Below, one piece after another: positions 26,448 through 40,000 of a stretch of DNA of 64,000 nt (the first letter of the stretch is position 1; every line of letters starts with the position of its first letter). The notes beneath the pieces are model-generated. The model had not been told where the DNA came from. It did no database searches and worked only from the letters and a program-made list of their open reading frames with translations. The position numbers and the translations under genes were made by a program. The DNA comes from Vicugna vicugna. Its lineage: Eukaryota. The stretch spans positions 7,563,260 to 7,627,259 of the forward strand of contig MU058844.1 in the NCBI GenBank assembly GCA_013265495.1, in the 5' to 3' direction.

Positions 26448-26719
26448 AGGTGTTTTCAAAATGCTCATTTTGAAATTCTCTTCTTCCATTGAAAGCAGTT
26501 TCCCTTTTGTTGTAATTTGTGTCTAAAAAATGTTGCTCATATCAAAAGTTCCCTAGAGTGGCCATTATAATTCTGCATTATCTTTGGTGAAATCATCCCA
26601 TTTAGAAAGTTAATAAGTACATGAATTTGGGATATTTTAGAAATACTTGTAAGAAGCAGGAGTCTTTCCTGTAGGAAGAAGCATGAATTTAACTTTTGAT
26701 TGACACAAATCCATGAGAG

Positions 26720-28552
26720 TTTAGGAACATTTGATCTTTTCACTGCCAATAGCTTGGCTCTTATATTAGCCATTGAGCTTTCTGTTTTTAATTGGCTCCT
26801 CTCTATAGTTTCAATTTCCTTTTCCAAGTATTCTCTGTGCCCATTCATAGTCTCTCTTTCATTTCCTTCAGTGCTTTTATCATTCCCTTTCTGAAGTCAT
26901 GATCTAGGAGACTGTTGGTCTATCTCATTGTTCATTCTTTCAGGGGACTTCTTTTGTTTTTTTTAATTGGGAGTGCTTCCACTGCTGCTTTTTATCTCTC
27001 TGGCTCTATGAGTTTAGGAGTATCAGTTATCTACTGTGGTCTTGAAAGGCTTTTTTTTTTTTTTTTTTAATGTTTGTTTGTTTTTACTTAGTCCTGTGTA
27101 GACTATGTGCATCTAACAGTTTTGTTGCAATGGCTGTTCTTACTATGAATGGTTGCCACATCTTTCTTCCATGTGTGTTGGCTATTATCCCTTTGACTGG
27201 GGGTGTGGTTGGTGTGGTGGTGATCAGAGCCTGCCCTGGTTGTTGTTGAGAAGGGCCTCTTTTTTTTTTTTTTCCTGTGGTTGCCACGGCCTTGGCAGAA
27301 GCCAAGTCTGCTCCTCTATTGCTGAAATAGAGGCTTCTGGACCAGTTTCTGAGCTGTGGTGTGTGTAGGCAGGGCTGGAGCGTTTCAGCCGGGAAGAATC
27401 ACTGAGTGGACCTCCACAGGAGATGTCCGCTGGGAGGTGCTGTCTGTCACTTGTCGTGCTGGGTTACAAAGTACTCTTTGATACTGCCTTTGTCTCTGCC
27501 TTAGCTACAGGAATGTCAGCCACCAGCTCTAGTGTCCCCCAGGTTCTGGGTCCTAGGAACCACCAGTGCAGATCTGCCAATGTCAAACATTAGGACCCAC
27601 CATGGGGAGCGTACAGTCACACACCTGAATCTGTGGTGCACCACAGGGTCAGCGCAGACCCTAGCTCTGCCTCTGTGTATGGTATGGAAGGCAGCCTGTT
27701 GTAAATACCCTTACATGCCCCCACCATGTGCCAAAACTCCGCTCACTGCCTGTTCGTCCATGAGGCACAGGTCCATTAAGGGTCCAGAGATAGCAAATAC
27801 ATCCTTTCTGCCTAGGGTTGTAAACAAATCTCAGTCCCACCTGTGAAGTTTCAGGGCTGCCAGGTATGGATTCAGCTTTCAGCCCCCCTCCATGCAGCAG
27901 TGATGGCTATGACCCAGCCCCACCTGTCTTCTCAGGAGAACACACCAACAATGGAGCCAAGGGGAGAAGGCAGCTGTGGCGCAGCTGCACTGCGCCCCTC
28001 CCCACCACGCACACCAGTAGTGGTGCTTTTATGGGGGGTTCCTGGGTGTTCTGTTCTGCACACACCCCAAGTCGGAACTCACACTGCCCTCCAGTCCCCT
28101 GAGGCTGCCTCTGCCCGGCTCCTCACCAATCTGCAGCAGCCAGTCCCGGCCTGTCCCTGCTGGCTAGCGTCTAGGGCCAGGGATCACAGGGACCCTCTGT
28201 GTCAGTTTCCCTTAGTTCTGTCTACCAAGCAGTTGCCACTTTCTCCTCCAAACACTGGAAGCTCTGCTTCTGTCCCCGCTGACCTCCCGGTTGGACTGGG
28301 GGCATCCAGCATGAGGGTGCCTTCTCCCTGTGCTGCTCCCTCGCTGTAGGATGGGTCCTGCACCGATTTTTTTTTTTCTTTTTCTTCTCTTACTGGATTT
28401 TTTGAGAATCCTCCTGTATTTCAAAGTGAGAGACACTCTGCCATAGTTCAGTAGGTGTTCTGTGCAATTCAGTGGGTTTGTAGATGTAATTCTGAGTGTA
28501 TTTGTGGGAGAGGGCAAGCTGTGGTTCTCTCTACTCCACTATCTTGGCCAGT
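26720..28552 (-). mobile_element. L1 5'UTR and start of ORF1
   Basis: 5' end tatttgtgggagaggg...ctactccactatcttggcc is clearly related to 12727-12780; coiled-coil ORF1 peptide EYLEKEIETIERSQLKTESS. Confidence 0.85.
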
Positions 28553-28555
28553 CTC

Positions 28556-29190
28556 CACAGCTGTAATTTTTAAAATGAGTTTTCTGCCCCATTCTCTCTC
28601 TCATCTCTCTAGGACCCCTATAATGCAAATGTTACTCCATTTGATGTTAGCTCATAAGCCCCTTAAGTTACCTTCACTCTTTTTCCTTTTTGTTGCTCTG
28701 ACGAGTATGTCCTGCTGCCCTCTCTTCCAGTACATGATCCTTTTTTCTGCTTCATCTGCTCTGCTATTGAGCCCCACTGTAGTTATTCTTTAGCTCTGTG
28801 ACTTTTATTGGAACTTATATCTTATATTTTCTGTTAAAAATTTAACATCATTCATTCTGCTGCAGAAGTTGGTTAGCATCTTTATGACCATTATGTTGAA
28901 CTCTTTATCAGGTAAATCACTTATTTCTGTTTCATTAAGGTTTTTTTCTAAAAATTTTATTTTGTTCTATTCTGTGCGACTTTTTTGCATTAGATAAAAG
29001 AGGCTACCTCTCCCAGTCATTAAGGAATAGTCTCATGTAGGGTATGAACCTTATCACTCAGTACTGTCCTAGCTCTTGGTTGTCTCTCAGGCTTCTTGGA
29101 AAATTACAAGGTTTATTTTGTGTATAGTGACTCACAGAAGATGAGGGTGTGCCAAGACCTGTCAGTGTTGCAAAAGGAAGGATTCTCTAT
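28556..29190 (-). mobile_element. L1 ORF1 fragment
   Basis: ttttctgccccattctctctc...ggacccctataatgcaaatgtt and ttgaactctttatcaggtaaatcactta are antisense L1 ORF1. Confidence 0.8.
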
Positions 29191-30549
29191 GTTTTCAAAC
29201 TCCTTATTATAAAACAAATATTAATTTCATTTTTAAAGTAAAGTATTTTTAATTATTTTGTCTTTTAAAAATATTCTTCCCATACACCATATAAACCAAC
29301 ATTTTGCTAAAACTCAAAAGATGTTCACATACATTTTCTGCCATATTAATCTCAGACTACAAACAGTTATCCCTGTTTAACAGAGGTAATTTATTGACTC
29401 AAATACAGGCCTATTATAAATGACTACACAGCACCTAACTTCTTTAATTAACATAATTTTTTACTAGAGCAAAATCAACAACAAAAAAGAAGTAGGTCAT
29501 ACCAGAAACCCTTAAAAAGATCTGATATTGTATTACACAAATGAAAACATTTCACAGTAAGCATCACAAAACAAGTCTTTTTGACTTGAAATGAAAAGGT
29601 TGCATTCTAGCAGGTAATTTATAGAATAACTTACTCATACAGTTAATATTTCCTGCTCAAGATACATCAGTATCTTCAATTACTCTTTAAGTATTCATAA
29701 TAAAAATCCTTATCTATTTATTTGGTTACTATACTCACTGAGGAATTGCCCACAGAATTTCTTCTTGTTAGCTAAATATTTAAAAGGCAATCAGGGTGAG
29801 CCCCTAAATTTCATTCCTGATATAAAATTGTCAAGTCAGCAGGAGTAAATTTATGTCAGGTAGAATGTGCTTTTATGCTTCTTCAGAGTAAGCTATGTGA
29901 AAGAGAAGAGAATGCTATTAGAGTTCCCTCTGACACACTGAGTGGTTGATTAGAGAGAAAAGGTCTGAGATCTCTAGCTGCATAAAAACTAAATGAATTA
30001 GTTATGATGTTCTCTCGTTTCTAACACTACACACCCAAAGGTCTGATGCAAACAATATTTTAGTTAAATCAACTGCAAAAACTTTAATGGAAAAATCTGT
30101 AGCCTCTGTACTTTAAGGAAATATTACTTATTCTGCAGTAGATCAGATATGCTAGTCAAAATAGTATTTATTATAGTAATATTTGAATGCCTACTATCTA
30201 TCAGGCATAATTGTTAAGTCTTACTCTCTATTACCTGTTTAATAGAAGAGGAGGAGTAGGGGAAGAAATCAAGGTATGAGCATAGAGGTGTCATAGAACT
30301 TGCTCAATGTCACATAGCTTCAAACCTGAGCAGATTGACTTCAGAGCTGAGACTGAAAATGGAAATCCTATAAGCAAATATACAAAAACAGGATTATGAG
30401 ACTTGGGTGTAGAATAATATGTTGATCTTTTATGCTTTTTTCTTCACTTATATGGATTTTTATATAGAGAAGTTGACATGACAGGGATAAAAGTTGGTTA
30501 GACCATGGAGGGCTTTCCAGCAGAGAAATAGCAAAATCAAAATGGTGTC

Positions 30550-30665
30550 AGGGGAAGGTATAGGTCAGTGGTAGAGTGCATGCTACAGGTCCTGGGTTCA
30601 ATCTCTAGTACCTCAGTTTAACAAAAAAAAATTACCTTCCCCCCAAAACCAAGCAAACAAATAGT
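30550..30665 (+). mobile_element. tRNA-derived camelid SINE (Vic-1-like)
   Basis: ggggaaggtataggtcagtggtagagtgcatgct (A box), ggtcctgggttcaatctctagtacctc (B box), A-rich stretch, attaccttcccccc tail. Confidence 0.8.
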
Positions 30666-32461
30666 TTATTTAAAAAAATGTGCTGCCAAGGTTATACTTA
30701 ACAGTATAAAATTTAAATAAAGGCACCAGTTAAGATATGGGAGCAGTGAGCTTGCTTTTGAGAGAGAGCATTACTCCATGGCTCCACTCACAGATTTATG
30801 GTAACGGATCACTTTTTGGCATCTGGTACATGTGTCATGAATAATCTGGGACTGTATAAGTACTTAGATAGACTTCTTAGATAGCAGATATAATGTGAAT
30901 CCAAACTAATGTTAATAATACACTGATTTTTTAAATTTCTTGATTAAAAAAATTAAATATCCTAAAACTCCCATCATTTTCCATTTCTATTGTGACCAAC
31001 CTTAATCAACCTGCTATAACCTCATGTACCAGAACATCAGCTTCCCTAATAGTCTGTTTCAGTCTCCCACCTTCTAATTTACTGTTTTGGCTCTGCAACT
31101 AGAATTACATGATTCTCCTCAGCGTTTTTCAGTGACTCTCAATAACCTACCAGCATAATTTCAGACTTCTCAATCTGCCATTTAAGACTTTCCAAAGGGT
31201 CCCTCAACCTGTCTATTGAGTGTCTCTCTAATTACTATATGGCCAGGTGATTCAGCAGGATGATTATCTTGCTGCTCCTCCCTGTGGAGAGAAACCTGGC
31301 ATAAGGGAAGAGACATGAAATGTGGGAATAGACATGCATTTGATTCTCAGTCATTTTGATCTCTTGAGCCACACTTTGCCATTCTGTTAAAATGGGTTTT
31401 TCGTACTTCACTCACCTAGCTATTTATTATAAGGATTAAAATAAGTCAAAATGAACTAAAATACATGCATTTTCTTCAACAAACATTACTGTGTTCCAGG
31501 ATCGATACTAGGTACTGTGGCTACAATGACATTATTTTAGAAAACAATATATATTTTAAAAAATGGACTGTTAGGATTTGAGAGAGTTTAGTAAGTATGC
31601 CCATTTTCCCCTCCTAAACCAACTGAGTTACAGAAAGAAGTCAAAACATCGATTCTGTTACTGATATAACTGAGAGAGAAGGTAGTTTAGTCTTATAGTC
31701 CAAAGGCCAGTCCTACCATCCTCTGTCTGTATAGGAATAAACATCGGATGCCTATCCCATCTGAGGGATATTTTGCTCTGAAAAGGGGACATATTTGCCC
31801 AGGAAAGCTGTATTCCATTTATTGTGTGATGGACTTATCCGGTCCTAGAGGGTACTATATACAATCTACATCTTTAGGCAGGGATATTTCATTATGTTGT
31901 GTTTAAATTGCTGGCAGAATCCAGTAAAAAACATCTACCACTGTTTCTATTTCACTGTTGGACTAAGTAGTAACCTAATTAATTTGGCCTTGTGCTGACC
32001 TATTCTTTTGCTCCATCCCTAAACAGTCTGTTTATTTCCTTATCTTTACCCTCTCATGTGGACCTTAATACAGTTCTATCATTTGCTTTATGTTTGATGG
32101 CCTCCGTCACACATCTATTGAAATTTCCTGACATGCACCAAAAAATGTGGTGAAGAATAACAGTCACATTTACTATAAAAATTGTTCCCAAATGCAGTTC
32201 TGAATTGCCAAATCTTTCAGGAGTGTAGACCAAAATTAGATTTAGCAAACAAAGTCCTTTCCCTAAGGACTTTCCCATTTATAAAAATTTCCCATTTTCA
32301 GTCTCTGGCTGTCATGGAAGCAATTAGGTTTGGTATCTGTTATAAGTCCTCTATAATTTTGTGATACCATATGACTTGTCTTCCAAAGAAGGACTCTTCT
32401 AAAGAGTAAGACATGGTTGTATTATTAGTCACACAATAACAAGACAGTCCCAAACAGGATA

Positions 32462-33250
32462 CCTACTTTACCTAAACTTAACCATACATCTCTAAAGTCT
32501 CATGTGTTTTTTGTACGGACAAACTCAGTCAATATATGGTGCAGAAGCAAGCGACATCAGTCCTTTTTTCTATATATCTATTTCAATTAGTGATTCTTAG
32601 AGTTCTTGGATAACAGGTATAATGTAAATATAATATAAATGATTATACTATACAGTTAGGTAGTTGGTCAGTTCCCATGAACCATAAACTAAGTGCTAGA
32701 TCTAGACGTGTATTTCTTTATATGGTATTCATCTAAAATCTCTCCTAACCTAACNNNNNNNNNNNNNNNNNNNNNNNNNNNNNNNNNNNNNNNNNNNNNN
32801 NNNNNNNNNNNNNNNNNNNNNNNNNNNNNNNNNNNNNNNNNNNNNNNNNNNNNNNNNNNNNNNNNNNNNNNNNNNNNNNNNNNNNNNNNNNNNNNNNNNN
32901 NNNNNNNNNNNNNNNNNNNNNNNNNNNNNNNNNNNNNNNNNNNNNNNNNNNNNNNNNNNNNNCCTACTTTACCTAAACTTAACCATACATCTCTAAAGTC
33001 TCATGTGTTTTTTGTACGGACAAACTCAGTCAATATATGGTGCAGAAGCAAGCGACATCAGTCCTTTTTTCTATATATCTATTTCAATTAGTGATTCTTA
33101 GAGTTCTTGGATAACAGGTATAATGTAAATATAATATAAATGATTATACTATACAGTTAGTTTATGGTTCATGGGAACTGACCAACTACCTAAGTGCTAG
33201 ATCTAGACGTGTATTTCTTTATATGGTATTCATCTAAAATCTCTCCTAAC
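32462..33250. repeat. 288-bp direct duplication flanking the assembly gap
   Basis: 32462-32749 matches 32963-33250 apart from a 29-bp inverted segment. Confidence 0.95.
32755..32962. other. Assembly gap (208 N)
   Basis: Run of n. Confidence 1.
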
Positions 33251-33697
33251 GTCCCAGGATTTAATCACTGTGGATGTACACAAGATGGGCATGGCGTGAT
33301 TCTACCTCTATCAATTTGTTTGTTGTGCAAATCTACAATGCTTCTTAATTCATTTAGACTCCTGACAATTATTAGGCTAAGAGGACCTCACAAACCTACC
33401 TCCTCCACATTCAGATTTAAATGTACCTCTCTGAGAACCTCTTAAATCTTTTAATCTTAGAAAGGATACCTTTAATCTTGGAAAGTAAAAAAAAAACAGT
33501 ATCAATAGTGAAGTCTCATGGATTTCACTTGTTTACAATCACCCGAGTATAAGATGGCTACCCCAGGCCTAGTAAAGTGCCAGGACCATAGGTCTGGTCT
33601 GCTTTCTTTCTCAATAGGAGGTTTATGTTATCCCCTTTAACAAGTTCTAAAAAAAAAAAAAGTTAATTTTTCCTGAGAGTGAGGTAATTTATACTTA

Positions 33698-33882
33698 CAG
33701 CGGACACTCGAACAACATGGGCCCACTGACATGTGGATTTTTTTCCAGTATGTACTTACTATGGTACTACAGGATCCCTGGTTGGTTGAATCCACACATG
33801 AAAAACTGTAAATTTATACATGGATTTTCCACTGTGTTGAGGGTCAGTGTCCCTAACCTCCACATTGATGAAGGGTCAGCTG
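33698..33882. mobile_element. Tigger1-derived MITE
   Basis: ta|cagcggacactcgaacaaca...ttgatgaagggtcagctg|ta; similar to 19325-19550. Confidence 0.75.
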
Positions 33883-34598
33883 TATAGCAAGTAATTCTAC
33901 TGGCAACATTCATAGCTTTAAAATGTCAATAACCCCAGTCATTTACTCACAAATAGTGCTCTGCCTTTATCCAAGCATTCACGTTTATCTTCAGTTTCCC
34001 AAGGCCTCTGAATTCTATCAGCTTTATTCTATTTGTTCCCCCCTCCCCTGGAAGGAGTGCTCATCTTTTGGGTCCCTCTGATCGATATTCCTGCTCTCTA
34101 TTTAGAAACTTGGACATGTTAGTATTCTTAATTTCTATTTATCAGTCCTTAAATTTATTATTTCAATATATGGCTCCAAATTTAACCATATAGAGTTGGC
34201 AAAAGTAAGTGATTTAAAATTTATGAGTACTAATCATCTGGGAGTATTCATTTTGAGCAACATTAGAAGACTGACAAGCCATTTCTGAATTAAGTTACTT
34301 TCCACTTCGGCAGACAATCCAAGCAGTGCACATCATATAAATAAAATGTGAGCATAACTCCCCAGTGTGACCCCAGGTCCTTACAGAGACTGCGTAAAGT
34401 TGAATGGTAAATGTAAGCTGCTCTGAGTAAACAGCCAGATCCGAAGTATGAAGAACACAGAACACAACTACTTACACCGTTAGACTGGGTGATAGACCAT
34501 TTCACGTATAAAGTTTCTTTTGCATCTCATTTCGTGCATTAGGAGGCTAACACTGGGCCTGGCTATGAACTACCCCTTGTAGTTCAAAAAGGTGTTAC

Positions 34599-35035
34599 CT
34601 TTCCTGGGTAGTTATTCCATCTACAGGAAATTTGCTCATTCCAAACTCTAATCCAGGATTTATTTCTACTAATTGTGGCCTTGCCTGTTTCCCCTTTAGT
34701 TTTACATCATGCTCCTATAACTTCTCTTACATTTCTAATTCCATAAATTTCTTGAACATTTTTCCTCAGGGCACAAGCAACCTCTGCATTTCAATAACTG
34801 AGTTACCTCAAAACTCACCCAATAATGCTTTCAGTACTTTAAGTTGTTCAAATGTTATGTATTCAAACAGTGGTTCTTTAATTGGCTTTCTTACGAGTCT
34901 TTTATCTGCAACTTGACACAGTAAATGTCAATGTGGGGGGAGTTTAGTGTTATTTGGGTTATTTATTCCAGGCTTCCCATGAGATCTCCTTTTTCTTACC
35001 TTATTGGAGATCTTTTTGAGTTATCATTGACTTCC
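34599..35035 (-). pseudogene. Candidate exon, 437 nt, phase 0 to 2
   Basis: ttgttcatttag| and aag|gtaaca. One frame gives ...DKRLVRKPIKEPLFEYITFEQLKVLKALLGEF*...ARPQLVEINPGLEFGMSKFPVDGITTQER with 7 stops. Confidence 0.45.
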
Positions 35036-35079
35036 CTAAATGAACAATTAAAATTTACTTCTTTCTAATGATAGGTCCA

Positions 35080-36062
35080 TTAAGGAGTTAATATCCAGAA
35101 CTATATAATAAACAGCTTATACAACTCAGTATCAAAAAAAGCTGAAAACCCAATTGAAAATGCATAGAAGGCCTAAATAGACATTTTTCCAAAGAAGAAA
35201 TACAGACGGCCAACAGGCACATGAAAATATGCTCAACATTGCTAATCAGAAAATGCAAATCAAAACCACAATGAGATATCATCAAAAGGACCACAAATAA
35301 CAAATATTGCCGAGGCTGTAGGGAAAAGGGAACCCTTGTGCACTACTGGTGGGAATGAAAATTGGTGTAGCCACTATGGAAAACAGTATAGAGGGTCCTC
35401 AAAAAGCTAAAAACAGAACTACCAGATGATCCAAACATTCCATTCCTAGGTATACGTCTGAAGAAAATGAAAACACTAATTTGAAAAGATACATGTACCC
35501 CAGTGTTCATAGCAGCATTATTTACAAAGCCAAGAAATGGAAGCAATCTGTCAACAAATGAATATATAAAGAATATGCAGCATATATATATATATATATA
35601 CATATATACATACAATGTATATATATATATACACACATACATAAAAATAACGCATGGTAATACTACTTAGTCATAAAAAAGAATGGAATTTTGCCATTTG
35701 CAGCACCATGGATGGACCTGGAGGGTATTATACTTAGTGAAAGAAGTCAGAGAAAGACAAATACTGCATGTTATCCCTTATATGTGGAATCTGAACAATG
35801 AATATAACAAAAAAAGAAACAGACACACAGATGTTGAGAACAAACTAGAGGTTACCAGTAGGGAGAAGGAAGGAGGAGGGGGTAAGATACGGTTAGGGAC
35901 GTAAGGGGTACGAAATACAAAAATACACTCTACAGCACAGGAAGTATAGCCAATATTTTATAATAGCTTTAGGGTATAATCTATAAAACTTTTGAATCCC
36001 TATGTTCTACACCTGAAACTAATATAATAATATTGTAAATCAACTTTACGTCAAGAAAAAGC
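35080..36062 (+). mobile_element. 5'-truncated L1 3' end with internal (TA)n
   Basis: gaaatgcaaatcaaaaccacaatgagatatc; atggatggacctggagggtattatacttagtgaa; ends tgtaaatcaactttacgtcaagaaaaa. Confidence 0.9.
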
Positions 36063-36298
36063 AGCACCATAACAAAAAAGTAGTTTACTACTTTCCAGCA
36101 CTATTTTTAAAATAACATCTAGGTGTAATTTTTAAAGCATGTATCTTTTATTCTTTTAAACATAGGAGACTTGATGTTTTAAAGCCAATCCTATTGCAGT
36201 TTATTTTTTTCTATATGCCTCCTAAATGTATTCTTTACTATTTTCATAACAAAAGCTTTTTAAAAAATTACTGTAACCACCATTCTCTCTCATCAAAA

Positions 36299-36490
36299 GT
36301 AGTGGTCTTCAGCCTAGGGAGGTGACTGGAAATGTGGGAGACTCTTTGTGTTGTTACAATGACTGAGGGAATACTTGGCATTTGAGGGGTTGGAGTGGAA
36401 GGTCACCTGTATTATCAGAAACAGGATTAGCCCTCACATTGGAACTCTATCCTGCCTGAAATGCCACAAAGTATGCATCCATGGAAAAAC
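36299..36490. mobile_element. MER20-like hAT fragment
   Basis: agtggtcttcagcct...ggaaatgtgggagactctttgtgttgttacaatgactg...tggcatttga...cctgcctgaaatgcca. Confidence 0.55.
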
Positions 36491-37029
36491 ACTAATCTAA
36501 AAAATAATAATAATAATCAGCTTGTTTAATCTAAGTATTTTCATTCTTTGTATGATAGGCTAAATTCCCAAACTGAGGTACACCAGATACAGGCACATTT
36601 TACTGACTTGTTTTGCATTTTGGCTTGAGTGATTTCTCTCTCTTTCTATCATTTTTCTAATAAGAAAATATTCTCAATGATATAGGGTTCCAAGGTAGTT
36701 GTATCTGTGGTTAATAAAGCCCTGTGTATTTTTGCGGGTAAAGCCACAATCTAGTTTCCAAGTTTCACAACCACTATTTCTAAACAGTTAAGAGTAAAGT
36801 TTCAAAGGGAAGAGATAGCCTAGTCTGTAATTTCTATGTTAAAAGTCCATTGGTCTTAAAAGAAGATAATCATTTAATGGAAAAAAACATTTTGTAGTGT
36901 AAGAGACATGGGTGAAAAACACCACCACAGGAACCAAATGAGTCTATCAATGAATCTTAAGACACTCAGAAGCTAATTTTAGTTGGTAAGACTCTTCTAA
37001 GAATGACAGTCAAAGTCAAAGAAACATCC

Positions 37030-40000
37030 AGAAGAGGATTCTGGGAAGGTGGGAGAGTAGGTAGTACCAAGAATCTGTCTTCATATCTGGACCATTCCAT
37101 TAGCAGAATCTATTTAATGTAGTAATTTGAAACTCTGGAGGCTGTTGAAGGCTTGTAACTTCCAGGGGAAGACTTGGGTGGAAAAGCTGTACCTAGCTTG
37201 CTAGAGCCAGGATGGGCAAAAAAGGACCATCTTCTCCTAATACTGGGGATCTTTACTATGATTGCTGCTTCTGATCACAGAGGAGCAGACAAAGAGGTAG
37301 ACGGTATCATTGTTGTTGCACTGTTTCCCATTGATGCAATCCCCTCTCCCTCCAGCTAAAGTGACTTCAAGGGGATTTAAAGTTACAGCACCCTTTTTCC
37401 TTCTTTTAGGAGGGAGACTAAAAAAAACATGGACATTCAAAAACAATTGCATATACCAAGAAAATTAGAAAGTGATTGTACATGCCCAGAAAAAGAATGA
37501 GCAAAGACATAACGAGACCTTAAGTTAACATCTCAGGCTGATCCTCAGAGCAGAGACACTCTAACAATCAAAATAACAAAACCAATGATAACAACAGAAT
37601 TAAAACCTGTGGAAGGTTGAGAATCTGATTTCCCGAGTTACCACAATATTAGATTCAAATGTCCAAGAACAAAAAAAAAAAATCACAAGACGTGCAAAAA
37701 TAGCCCAATCAAGGAAAACAAATAAATCACAAAACTACCCATGACAAAGACCTAATGGCAGATATATTAGACAAAGATTTTAAAACAACTACCTTTAAAA
37801 CACTCAAACTAGAGACATGGAGAATATCAAGAAAATGACATGTGAACAAATTAGAAATATCAAAGGGATAGAAAACCTAAAAGGGAAAACCAAAAGTACA
37901 TTCTGGACCTAAAAAGTACAATAACTAAAATAAGAAATACACTGGAGGGATTCAAAGGCAAATGTGAGCAGGCAGCAGAAAACCTGTAGAACAGAAAGAA
38001 AAGTACATAGAACCTAAGGGACCTGTGGGATAGCCTTACGCAGACCACACACTCATCATGAGAGTCCCAGAAGGAGGAGAGAATTTTTGAAAAATAACGG
38101 CTGAAAACTTACCAAATGTGACAAAAGATATAAATATCCAAGAAGCTAACAAACTTCAAGATGAAATCAGAGAGAACTATACCAAGGCACATTATAGTCA
38201 GATTTTCAAAAGCCAGAGAGAGAATCTTGAAAGCATTGAAGAGAAGCAATCACATACAAGGGGATCTTCAACAGGATTACCAGCAGATTTCTCATCAGAA
38301 AGACGGTAAGCCAACAGGTTTTTTTTTTCCTGCACTTTGAATATGTCAACCAAGAGTCCTATATACAGCCAAATTGTCCTTCAAAAGTGACAGAAATTCT
38401 AACTGTCCCAGATACACAAAAGCTGACGGTGGTGTGACCACTAGACCTGCCCTGCAAGAAATGCTCAAGGGAGTCTTCTTGCAAGGTGAAATGGAAGTAT
38501 AATCATCTGAAGCCATATAGAAAAACAGGAGTCTCAATACAGGTAAATACATGGGCAATTATAAAAGATAGACTTGTAGTGATTGTAACTATGCTTTTCA
38601 AGAGACTGCTACACGTAACAGAAAAAACAGCAACTACTAGTGTAAAAGCTAGTATTATAACTTTTGTTTATAACTCCAAACCTTGTTTTTTACATAAAGG
38701 GACTGATGCATTTTAAAGAATTATTAGTTTAGGCCTGAGGGCACATAGAGATGCACATCTGTGACATCAGCAACCCAAAGGGGTGGAGAGAGAGAGCTGT
38801 AAAGCAGAATTTTTGTATGTTATTGAAGTTAAACTGGTATAAATTCAAATTAGAGTATTACAATTTTAGGATATTAGCTGTAATCTCCATGGAAAACACA
38901 AAAAATAGCTATAGAATATATACAAAAGGGTATGAGAAAGCAGTTTAAACATTTTACTACAAAAAACCGAACAAATGAAGTACAGTAATGCAGGAACGAG
39001 ACACTAAAATGCTGTAAATCATATAGAACATAAGTCGCACAATGACAGATATGCCACTTTAGAGTAAACTCTCCTAGAATGGACAAACTCTCCAGTAGAA
39101 TGGACAAAAACACGAGAGCCAACTATGTATGTTGTCTACCCTGAGATCCACTTTTAAGATCCACAGACCCAAACAGTTTGTAAGTTAAATGATGGAAAAG
39201 GATATTATATATCAATAAAAGATTCAATATAGTAAGAATATGTAACAACTATAAACTTTTATGAACCTAACAAACCATCATAATATATGAAGCAAAACAG
39301 AACTGAAGAGATAAATAGACACTTCTACAATAATAGTTGAGGAGTTCAATAATAGCTAGAACAACCAGACAGAAAGTGAATAAGTAAATAAAGGCAAAGG
39401 ACTTGAATAGAATTTTCTCCAAATAAGATGTATGAATGGCCAATAAGCACATAAAATGATGCTTGATGTCACTATTCATTAGAGAAATGCAAATCAAAAC
39501 TATAACATACCACCTCACATCCATTAAGATGGCTACTATCATAAAAAAACAGAACACAAATGTTGGTAGGGATGTGAAGGAAGTGGAAACCCTGTGTCCT
39601 TTTAGCAGGGGTGTAAAATGGTACAGCCACTCTGGAAAACAAACAGTATGGTGGTTTCTCAAAAAATTAAAAATGGAATGATCACGTGATCCACCAATTC
39701 CACTTCTGGGTAGATACCCAAGAGAACTGAAAATACTGTCTTAAAGTGATATGTGAACACCCATGGTTATAGCAGCATTACTCACAATGGCTTAAACAAG
39801 GAAGCAACACGAGCAGCCATGGACAGATGAATGGATAAGCAAAATGTGGCATATGCATAGAATAGAATATTATTCAGCCTTTAAAAAGGAAGGAAATTAT
39901 ATCATGACATGGATGAACCCTAGGAACATTATGCTAAGCAAAATAAGTCACAAAAAGACAAATCATGTATGATTCCACTTATATGAGGTACTTAATTTAA

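Noticed and set aside
27532..28517. Long GC-rich ORFs (up to 168 aa); similar ones at 12069-12634 and 57568-58916
   Set aside because: They lie in L1 5'UTRs, where GC richness lowers stop frequency; no recognisable protein.
30550..30665. tRNA gene (also 42302-42425)
   Set aside because: A/B boxes are present, but both have the SINE body and tail and no complete cloverleaf.
32054..32278. LILVYTPERF resembling RecQ helicase or TIR motifs
   Set aside because: No DEAH box or TIR boxes follow; not enough to name the pseudogene.
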